IMG/VR virus record: IMGVR_UViG_3300045988_134801
DNA length: 39,092 nt
Reading direction: 5' to 3' (one strand)
Origin: a virus
How positions within the stretch are numbered: position 1 is the stretch's first letter; each line of letters begins with the position of its first letter. The notes beneath the pieces are model-generated. The model did no database searches, was not told where the DNA came from, and saw only the letters and a list, made by a program, of their open reading frames with translations. Shown here piece by piece: positions 14,770 to 21,670 of the stretch. The translations under genes and the position numbers were made by a program.

Positions 14770-15081
14770 TCAATCTGTGTTCGCGATATGCGCGTCACGT
14801 ATGTCTTGGATCATCGAGGTTCCGGTTCCATTGCCGCCCAGACCGTGGTAAGCGGCATATATTCGTTCCGCGCTTTGCTTCAACGGAATGCTCGCAACAC
14901 CACCTGCATCGACCATCTGACGGTGCAGAGCCTCGAGTTTGCAGAACAACAGTTCCCTGACGCCCTCATGCAATGGATCGTGACGTTGGTCGACCTTGCT
15001 CAGAATCCAGGTGACGAACACGCCGCTGCCTCCGCTGCCGATGATGGCGACAACGATTGCGACGATGGTTTCCTGGCTCAT
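14770..15081 (-). CDS. N-terminally anchored membrane protein upstream of the lysin (possible lysis accessory or second holin-like protein)
   Basis: 103 aa with a TM segment (IVAIVVAIIGSGGSGVFVTWIL). GGAAGGA SD. It is the first gene of the lysis cassette. Confidence 0.65.
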   Translation of the reverse strand: MSQETIVAIVVAIIGSGGSGVFVTWILSKVDQRHDPLHEGVRELLFCKLEALHRQMVDAGGVASIPLKQSAERIYAAYHGLGGNGTGTSMIQDIRDAHIANTD

Positions 15082-15100
15082 TGGGAATCCTTCCGAAAGG

Positions 15101-15154
15101 AAAATCCCACACGTGGCTACCGTTGGAAGCCGCGATAACCACGTGTGGGATTTT
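15101..15154. repeat. Perfect 16-bp inverted repeat AAAATCCCACACGTGG / CCACGTGTGGGATTTT (22-nt loop) between the lysis cassette and the recombinase gene
   Basis: Read directly. T-runs follow the stem on both strands, so it looks like a bidirectional terminator. It ends 10 nt before the recombinase ATG, and its 3' end touches that gene's GGAGGT SD (15155-15160). Confidence 0.8.
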
Positions 15155-15164
15155 GGAGGTTGAA

Positions 15165-16037
15165 ATGTTGTTGGGAACGTTTGTGAATGAGGTCTGGTGG
15201 CCCTCCTGCGGGAAGCTCCGCGAGTGCACGAGGGTGGGCTACGAGTCGGCCTACCGCTGCCACATCCAGCCGAAATGGGCTGGCGTCGACATGGAGTCGA
15301 TCACCGCGAACGACATCGAGGAGTGGCTCGGCTCGTTCAATCAGGCCGGCGCCGCACGCAAGGCGTGGGGCGTGCTGCGGGCGATACTCCGACTCGCCTA
15401 TCGCAAGGGAGTCACCGACAATGACGTGACACGTCGTGAAATCAGGCTGCCGCACCTGCGGCGGTATGAGCCGCGCGTGCTCGACGCCAGACAGGTAAGA
15501 CGGCTGCTCAAAGGCTTCTACGGTCACGCGTTGGAAGCCTGGTTATTGGTCTCCGTCTGCGCGGGACTGCGCCGATGCGAGTCCGTCGGCATTGAATGGG
15601 CCGACTTGGATTTACGCCGGGGAACCGTGACCGTCAAAAGATCAGTGCAATGGGTCGCTGGACATGAAACGGTCACCGACCCGAAGACCGACCAGAGCCG
15701 ACGGACGGTCGCACTACCACGGTTCGCAGTCAAACGGCTCGCGCAATTGCGCCACGGCAGAACCGGCAGGCTGGTCGGCGATCTGAACGCCAACCAGGTG
15801 GCAGCTCATTACACGTCATGGTGCCAACGCATGAAACTCCCCTGCGTGCCGCCAAGGAACCTCAGGCACACCTTCGGCACTCTGGCAATCGCTGCGGGAG
15901 CCGATATCTCAGTGGTCGCACGACAACTCGGTCACAGCGACATCAAGACAACCGCCCGCTACTATCTCCGCCCCGATTTGTCCGTGCTGAGAAGTCTGCA
16001 GCGGGCATGGGAGCGGCTCATTATCGGGGTCGCATAG
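15165..16037 (+). CDS. Small tyrosine recombinase; predicted shufflon invertase (Rci/Rin-like role)
   Basis: 290 aa. Motifs present: AGLRRCE (Arg), LRHTFGT (HxxR), LGHSDIKTTARYY (His/Tyr). GGAGGT SD. It is the only + strand gene inside the late region, and its stop codon lies inside repeat copy A. Confidence 0.85.
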   Translation: MLLGTFVNEVWWPSCGKLRECTRVGYESAYRCHIQPKWAGVDMESITANDIEEWLGSFNQAGAARKAWGVLRAILRLAYRKGVTDNDVTRREIRLPHLRRYEPRVLDARQVRRLLKGFYGHALEAWLLVSVCAGLRRCESVGIEWADLDLRRGTVTVKRSVQWVAGHETVTDPKTDQSRRTVALPRFAVKRLAQLRHGRTGRLVGDLNANQVAAHYTSWCQRMKLPCVPPRNLRHTFGTLAIAAGADISVVARQLGHSDIKTTARYYLRPDLSVLRSLQRAWERLIIGVA

Positions 16038-16050
16038 CTTTCCGTAACCC
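16035..16050 (+). repeat. Recombination-site candidate A: TAGCTTTCCGTAACCC (core TTCCGTAACCC at 16040-16050)
   Basis: 16/16 identical to copy B. The 11-bp core is identical, in inverted orientation, to copy C. Confidence 0.85.
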
Positions 16051-16298
16051 TTACTTTTGGCAACAGCAACGTTAGTGGCGGACCGTACCCAATCGGTAGG
16101 GTATCTAACCCAAATGCGATCAAGTCCTTGAATGGCAGAGCCACACTGTCGTCCGGAACGACAGTGGCGATTCCATTCATCCACCCGTCATACCTGCAAC
16201 GTTCGGTCCAAGTATCGATTGCACCTGATGGGACAGTCAATCTGCTCGTCGGTCCTGAAGTTGTTGTCACAGGTGGAATCGTGGAAATCCATTTTTAG
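16041..16298 (+). other. Silent RBP C-terminal cassette 1 (85 codons plus stop; no start codon or SD)
   Basis: The open frame begins at the core codons TCC GTA ACC (SVT). It reads SVTLTFGNSNVSGGPYPIGRVSNPNAIKSL...VTGGIVEIHF and its stop codon lies 1 nt before copy B. Confidence 0.75.
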
Positions 16299-16314
16299 TA
16301 GCTTTCCGTAACCC
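16299..16314 (+). repeat. Recombination-site candidate B: TAGCTTTCCGTAACCC (core at 16304-16314)
   Basis: Direct repeat of copy A. Confidence 0.85.
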
Positions 16315-16643
16315 CGATTCATTTCACGAAACTGACCTCCGACCCGGAATTCACAATCAGTGGATGCGTCGTCAATGGTTTGGCGACCGTCTACTGCCGG
16401 TGGGTCAACAAAGGGACTTTCGGCAATAAGGCGTGGACTGGAGTGGCTTTGGCACGCATGGACGTGCGGTCCGGCGGCGAAAGCTTCAACATGTTCGTAG
16501 ACAATTCCCCTGAAGACCGGATGCAGAATCGTTTTCTGTACGTCGTGGGAAACACGGTTTCCTTCCGCACATCGTATGATGCGACCATTCCAGCAAACAC
16601 ATGGCATGCCGGCAGCGTATCGTTTCCGGTGACGACGGTTTAG
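16305..16643 (+). other. Silent RBP C-terminal cassette 2 (112 codons plus stop; no start codon or SD)
   Basis: The frame starts at the core SVT codons. It reads SVTPIHFTKLTSDPEFTISGCVVNGLATVYCRWVNKG...AGSVSFPVTTV. Its stop codon TAG (16641-16643) overlaps the stop codon of the expressed RBP gene (TTAG). Confidence 0.75.
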
Positions 16644-17452
16644 GCCGTGATGTACGAGGCGGATGTGACGAAACCTTCTCCGTTCTGGCTGCCACCAAGA
16701 TTCCTGTAGGTGAATTTGCCGTCCGGCAGTATGGTGAAATCTCGTTGGTTGCTACCGTCACGCCCACTGTACGCCCACCTCGTCGTAATCAATGGACGCC
16801 AGCCAGCCGGCAGGACGCCGAAATTGCCGGTATCCCATGATGCCGTGGCGGCGCTCTTCCATTCCACGAGGATTTGCACCACATTCCCGGCTTTCACGCC
16901 CGTCACCTTGCCATACTGGCAGGTGATAAGCGTCTGGGTTACGGAATCCCACAGCTGGCTCATCGGAGGCAACTGCTTGACAAGCATGACAGGAGTTCCA
17001 GCGGTGATGCCACTGATCGGGATACGGGCGATCGGAATCCATACGGTGCCGGAATTGTTCAGGATACTACCCGACGGTACCGTGGGGTCAGCCGCCGTGC
17101 CACTGGTGGCGGTGCCCTTCAGCACCGCGAGCGCGATCGTTTCGATGTTGTTCGAGTCTCGCGTGTATTTCACGCAGATTAGGTCGTTGCGGTTCCGTCC
17201 TGTGACTCCGCTTTCGATGGTGACGGTTTCCGCCGCGGTGACGCGTGCGTATCGTCCTTCGATCACAAGGTTGAGGACCGGGATGAGCGCTTTGTTTGCT
17301 GACTGCATGGTCACGGCGGGGAATTTGCCGTCGCCGCCTTGCAGCAGGTAGTTGCCGTTTCCGACCAGTCCGGCCTGCATGGCTCCTTGGTCGCTGGATG
17401 TGATGTGCGGAGCGCCGGCCTTGCCGGTGATGAGATTCATGGTCATGGTCAT
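16640..17452 (-). CDS. Tail fibre / receptor-binding protein with an exchangeable C-terminus (residues 170-270 are the currently expressed cassette 3)
   Basis: 270 aa, ATGA-coupled to the upstream gene. The inverted core (16936-16946) lies in frame as S170-V-T. It is the last gene of the tail module. Confidence 0.85.
   Translation of the reverse strand: MTMTMNLITGKAGAPHITSSDQGAMQAGLVGNGNYLLQGGDGKFPAVTMQSANKALIPVLNLVIEGRYARVTAAETVTIESGVTGRNRNDLICVKYTRDSNNIETIALAVLKGTATSGTAADPTVPSGSILNNSGTVWIPIARIPISGITAGTPVMLVKQLPPMSQLWDSVTQTLITCQYGKVTGVKAGNVVQILVEWKSAATASWDTGNFGVLPAGWRPLITTRWAYSGRDGSNQRDFTILPDGKFTYRNLGGSQNGEGFVTSASYITA
16936..16946 (-). repeat. Recombination-site candidate C: core TTCCGTAACCC in inverted orientation, inside the RBP gene
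   Basis: The + strand reads GGGTTACGGAA. The flanks differ from those of A and B. Confidence 0.8.
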
Positions 17453-17691
17453 TCCTTCCTATCTGTTGTGTTGTTGAGGTATGCGGCGTAGGCGGCGTCC
17501 TGCGTGGCTGCCAGCGCTTTGAACGTCTGCCAGCATGCGGTACAGACGAGCGCGCCCTGTGCGACTCCGTCGACGGTGGTGTGGGTGATGTCGTGCCAGT
17601 CGCTGGAGGTGCGTGGGTCACCGTCGGCGAGGTATGCGGAGGCGTGGCATCGGTCGCAGGTGTATCTGGTGATGTTCGTGGTTCGTGCCAT
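17449..17691 (-). CDS. Small Cys-rich (CxxC...CxxC) protein, 80 aa
   Basis: MARTTNITRYTCDRCHASAY...LVCTACWQTF. A GAAAGGAA SD is present. Confidence 0.6.
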   Translation of the reverse strand: MARTTNITRYTCDRCHASAYLADGDPRTSSDWHDITHTTVDGVAQGALVCTACWQTFKALAATQDAAYAAYLNNTTDRKE

Positions 17692-17708
17692 TGATGTTCC
17701 TTTCTCTT

Positions 17709-18260
17709 TCAGGCTGTGCGCTGGTAGATGTGTCCCGGAAGCGTCGTGCCGCATTCCTTCCAAGTGCCGCCGTAGGTGGTTCCCGGATTTGTTGTGGCGG
17801 TGGTCCAGTAGAGGGAGCCGACCGGGTGGGCGGCGATGAACGCCTGGCTTGCGCTCATGCCCGTCTCGCCCTTGTCGCCCTTCGGGCCGACGAGGCTTGT
17901 GTTCGAGACTGGCTTGAACGTCACGTTTTTCCCGGTGGCTGTGATCTGTGCGTACATCAGGTTCTTGCCGCCATTGGTCATGGCGAAGAAGTATTCGCCT
18001 ACGACCGGGGCACGGTTGAAACTGAGTGTCTGCCAGTCAAAATCCGAGCATGCGGACGTCCAGTATCCGGATAGTATGCGTGTGATGATCAAGGCAGGCA
18101 ACCCGGTCTCGCCGCGTTGGCCGGCCTCTCCTTTCGCTCCGGTGGCCCCGGTCGCGCCAGTGGCGCCGGCAGGGCCTTGCGGTCCTTGCACTCCCTGCTT
18201 GCCTTGCGGTCCGGTATCGCCCTTGGGGCCTTTGACGTTGCCAAGTAGAATCTTCGTCAT
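17709..18260 (-). CDS. Collagen-like repeat tail fibre protein
   Basis: 183 aa. GXY tracts ([43 protein letters not shown]). The N-terminus is paralogous to that of 18270-19109. AAGGAG SD. Confidence 0.85.
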   Translation of the reverse strand: MTKILLGNVKGPKGDTGPQGKQGVQGPQGPAGATGATGATGAKGEAGQRGETGLPALIITRILSGYWTSACSDFDWQTLSFNRAPVVGEYFFAMTNGGKNLMYAQITATGKNVTFKPVSNTSLVGPKGDKGETGMSASQAFIAAHPVGSLYWTTATTNPGTTYGGTWKECGTTLPGHIYQRTA

Positions 18261-18269
18261 GCGTGCTCC

Positions 18270-19109
18270 TTATTTTCCGTCGTTGATCGTGTAGTACAGG
18301 TCGCCAGTCGCCTGATCGTAGGAGACGGGAGCTTCTGACACGGTGGCCGTGTCCGCGTACACGGCGTACAGGTCTCCGTTCGGGTCGACCTGCAGTGTGA
18401 AGAATCCGGAAGTTGGCGCCGTCACGCCGCTGGCACCCTGCGGTCCTGTCGGTCCCTGTGGGCCCTGCAGTCCCTGCGCACCTTGTATTCCCTGCTTGCC
18501 TTGCGGCCCGGTGGGGCCTGTTGCTCCGGTAGGTCCGGCAGGGCCGGTGTCGCCTTTCGGACCTTGCGGGCCGGTAGGGCCTCCTTCTCCGGCGGGTCCG
18601 ACATCGCCTTTATCACCCTTGTCACCTTTCAGCCCTTCAGGACCTTGCGGGCCGGTAGGGCCGGCAGCTCCAGTGGCTCCTTTAGGCCCGGTCTCGCCGG
18701 TATCGCCCTTCACGCCTTGTGGGCCGACGTCACCTTTTGGACCTTGCGGTCCGGCAGGGCCTTGCGTTCCGATGATGGATTGACGGGAAATCGTCTTTCC
18801 TGTGAATAGGCTGCCGGACTGTGAAACGCACTGCCAGACGATGCTGTATTTTCCGCCACCTGACAATGCGGTCGAATATTCGTTGGCGAGTGGTGTTCGG
18901 TTCAACCATTCGCTCACGTTCCCCGTGAAAGTGGATCCCACCGGATATTCGCCGACGAGGGATTTCTTCATCACGAGCGCCGGAAGGCCGACGTCGCCTT
19001 TAGCTCCCTGAACGCCCTGCGCTCCTTGCTTGCCTTGCGGGCCGGTGGCCCCGGTATCGCCCTTGTCACCTTTGGGGCCTTTGATGTTGCCGATCAATAG
19101 TCGCGCCAT
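18270..19109 (-). CDS. Collagen-like repeat tail fibre protein
   Basis: 279 aa with two GXY blocks. The C-terminal domain ([24 protein letters not shown]) is paralogous to the C-terminus of 19113-20852. Confidence 0.85.
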   Translation of the reverse strand: MARLLIGNIKGPKGDKGDTGATGPQGKQGAQGVQGAKGDVGLPALVMKKSLVGEYPVGSTFTGNVSEWLNRTPLANEYSTALSGGGKYSIVWQCVSQSGSLFTGKTISRQSIIGTQGPAGPQGPKGDVGPQGVKGDTGETGPKGATGAAGPTGPQGPEGLKGDKGDKGDVGPAGEGGPTGPQGPKGDTGPAGPTGATGPTGPQGKQGIQGAQGLQGPQGPTGPQGASGVTAPTSGFFTLQVDPNGDLYAVYADTATVSEAPVSYDQATGDLYYTINDGK

Positions 19110-19112
19110 GTG

Positions 19113-20852
19113 TCACCTTTCCGGGATGTCCACGTACAGGTTCCCGCTCTCGGAGTCCCAGACGAACGAGGGTGGGTTCGTGTTGTCCGGATAGTTCACG
19201 TACAGGTCGCCGTCGCCTTCCATGCTGAGCGTGAAGAAGCCGTTCGAGGGGGCGGATACGCCGCTGTCGCCCTTGTCACCCTTCTCCCCTTGCGGGCCCT
19301 GGATGCCTTGGGAACCTTGGATGCCTTGTCTGCCCTGGGGGCCGGTCGCTCCCTGTGGACCCGTGGGACCCTGCGGACCTGTGGAACCCGTCGGGCCTTG
19401 CGGTCCCGCCGCGCCGATCGCGCCGGCATCACCCTTATCGCCTTTCTCGCCGCGTATCCCCTGCAGTCCCTGCGGGCCTTCGGGACCGGCGACGCCTTGC
19501 GGCCCTCGCTCCCCGATCGCTCCTTTCTCTCCCCGAGGACCGGTGGGTCCGGTCGCTCCGGTGGCCCCCTGTGGTCCTGCGTCGCCCTTGTCGCCCTTCT
19601 CCCCTTGCGGACCCTGGTCGCCTTTCGGAAGCCCCAAATTCAAGGTTTTGTCGCTGCCGGCGCCCGTAAGCGACGCGCTTGCCTGTGCACCGGGGGCGAG
19701 CGTGTCCACCGAACCGATTTTCAGGCCGGTGATGTAGTCGCCTTTCGGCTGTTTACCCGACAATGCGTTGTTGAGCGAGTCGATGTCGTTTCTGGTCACG
19801 TCGGCGCTGAACGTCCAGGCGTCGAGTTTGAGGCCGGCTCCAGCGTAGTAGGCGTGGCCACCATCCCCGATGGAGGATTCTCCGCTGTTGCCGCCGGCGC
19901 TGGCACCTCCGGATTCGTAGGTGACGGTGAGCACGCCTCCCGAAACCTTGACGATCTTCTTGGAGATCTCGGCAGTGACGACGAGGCCCGTGTTGTTGTC
20001 ACGACCCGTGACCAGGTCGCCAACGTCCGCGTCGATGCCGTCGGGAATGTCCACGTCGATGGTGCTGGCGTTCCGAAGCTCCTGGAATTTCTGCCTGCCC
20101 TTGTCCTCGAGCTCGTCGGCTTCGGCGTTGGACAACTCGTATGTGGCGGTGCGTTCGTCAAGGCCTTTGAGGGTCTGCGTGTGGCTGAACGTGCCGTTCG
20201 CGTCGGCGTACCAGTGGATGACGGTACGGTCCTTGAGTTCGCCCTTGCCCAGGCAGATGAGATGGTTGATCGGGTGCGCCGCCTGTTTGGCGGTGAAGTC
20301 GATGAGGTCCGAGTCGATGCTGTCGCCGATCGTGCGGACGGGCATGGCGCTCATGGATACCTTGTCGCCGTCATTACGCAACCGGAGTTTGAGTCCGCTT
20401 GCCCTGAGCATCTTGACCAGACCGCTGTACAGGTCCACGTACCGGTCGAACTGGCAGGTGGTCTTGTGGTCGGCGCTTTCGTCGGTGACGGTGAACAGGC
20501 CTTGCAATCCCGCACGGCTGACGAGCGTGCGCATAATGACGGGAATCGTGCCGGACAGGGTGAGGTAATCGTTGTTCCTGTCCGGTTCGATGATCTTCGA
20601 GGCGAGCACTCCATGCCAGTCGCGGCCATGCCATGTGACGGTGGACAGGCCTCCGTCCACGTCGACATCCGTGTCGTCGATGATGCCGCCGTACTCGGTG
20701 CCGTCGATCATGATGCGGCTCCCCGCCTTGAGCGCGGCGTCTTCGACCTGCAGGTCGAAGTCGTTCTCCCCGCTACCGAACGCGAGGTCGAGCGTGTATG
20801 AGGCGTGGCTCGCCACGGGTTTGCCTGTGGCGTCGGTGACGATCAGGTCCAT
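19113..20852 (-). CDS. Tail-associated (Tal-like) minor structural protein with a collagen-like C-terminal region
   Basis: 579 aa starting at [12 protein letters not shown], with an AGGAAAGGAG SD. It sits directly after the Dit-like gene. A long GXY tract (about 120 aa) is followed by [24 protein letters not shown]. Confidence 0.8.
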   Translation of the reverse strand: MDLIVTDATGKPVASHASYTLDLAFGSGENDFDLQVEDAALKAGSRIMIDGTEYGGIIDDTDVDVDGGLSTVTWHGRDWHGVLASKIIEPDRNNDYLTLSGTIPVIMRTLVSRAGLQGLFTVTDESADHKTTCQFDRYVDLYSGLVKMLRASGLKLRLRNDGDKVSMSAMPVRTIGDSIDSDLIDFTAKQAAHPINHLICLGKGELKDRTVIHWYADANGTFSHTQTLKGLDERTATYELSNAEADELEDKGRQKFQELRNASTIDVDIPDGIDADVGDLVTGRDNNTGLVVTAEISKKIVKVSGGVLTVTYESGGASAGGNSGESSIGDGGHAYYAGAGLKLDAWTFSADVTRNDIDSLNNALSGKQPKGDYITGLKIGSVDTLAPGAQASASLTGAGSDKTLNLGLPKGDQGPQGEKGDKGDAGPQGATGATGPTGPRGEKGAIGERGPQGVAGPEGPQGLQGIRGEKGDKGDAGAIGAAGPQGPTGSTGPQGPTGPQGATGPQGRQGIQGSQGIQGPQGEKGDKGDSGVSAPSNGFFTLSMEGDGDLYVNYPDNTNPPSFVWDSESGNLYVDIPER

Positions 20853-21670
20853 GGCGGTTCGCTCCTTTCCTCGCAGACCGTCAAGTCGAATTGGAATCCT
20901 CCCGGCCAGCTGATCGGCTGTGTTCCGGGCGCGAGCGGTTGGAACACGTACCGGCCGGAATCCTTGCCCGACCCTCGCACGGCCTGCGCGAAGCAGTTTG
21001 TGACGAGACCTGTGCCGCTGACCATGGTGACGGTCCTGACATCGCCGGTGCCGTCGATTTCCAGACGCGAGCCGGATGGCACGGTCACGTCGACCTCGTA
21101 CCGGTTGTTTCCGATGATGACGTACGGTTGCGCGCATGGTCCGAATATCGTGAGCTTGACCGGCTGCGGGATGGACGTGTCGTTGACGATCTCGGCACCC
21201 AATGCCATGCCGGCGAAATCATGCGGATAATCATATGGATAGTCAAGGTCGGCGGTTCCGGAATCGTATCGCGGCGTGAAATGCGTCATGGTCGGACGGC
21301 GCCACACGCCATCGGCCAGCACGATGGTCAACTGCGTCTCGACCATCGTGGGCGTGATGGATTGCGGTTCGCTTTTCGTGATCCACGCTTTGGCTTCCCA
21401 TTCGCCGTCGGCCACGAGCGTGCCCGGGTTCCCGGATGCCATGTCGGCGTCCGCGAGGCGGCGCAGTAGGTCGAGCGTGGCCGGAGAATCGTGGATCTTC
21501 ACGGTGACTGTCGCCTCGCGTGCCTTGCGGGTGATGCCCGTCATGCCACGTGAGGCGAGGCTGTAGTCCCAGACGCGGGCTCGCAGTCCCGTGAGCGTCT
21601 CGCCGTACAGCGGCCCCTCGAAGCCGATGCGCTCACCTGTGGCGGCGCACACGTATTCAAGCGATTGCAC
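20843..21670 (-). CDS. Distal tail protein (Dit-like)
   Basis: 275 aa. It lies immediately after the tape measure gene. GTG start with an AGGAAGGTGAG SD. The assignment rests mainly on size and position. Confidence 0.7.
   Translation of the reverse strand: MQSLEYVCAATGERIGFEGPLYGETLTGLRARVWDYSLASRGMTGITRKAREATVTVKIHDSPATLDLLRRLADADMASGNPGTLVADGEWEAKAWITKSEPQSITPTMVETQLTIVLADGVWRRPTMTHFTPRYDSGTADLDYPYDYPHDFAGMALGAEIVNDTSIPQPVKLTIFGPCAQPYVIIGNNRYEVDVTVPSGSRLEIDGTGDVRTVTMVSGTGLVTNCFAQAVRGSGKDSGRYVFQPLAPGTQPISWPGGFQFDLTVCEERSEPPWT

Noticed and set aside
15962-16607. - strand ORFs 15962-16270 and 16188-16607 across the shufflon cassettes
   Set aside because: They have no SD and an odd composition. 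The + strand frames start exactly at the repeat core in the SVT frame and end at stop codons adjacent to the next repeat, which explains the region better.
15165-17452. A diversity-generating retroelement as the source of RBP variation
   Set aside because: There is no reverse-transcriptase ORF and no template/variable repeat pair anywhere in the window. The variation mechanism here is site-specific inversion.
17709-20000. A CRISPR-like or tandem-repeat array suggested by periodic G-rich 9-bp units
   Set aside because: The periodicity is the coding Gly-X-Y repeat of the collagen-like proteins. There are no repeat-spacer units and no cas genes.
18343-20801. Pro/Gly/Cys-rich + strand ORFs (18343-18783, 19110-20801, 19222-19737 and others)
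   Set aside because: They are reverse-complement readings of the GXY collagen-like repeats in the - strand fibre genes and are not independent genes.
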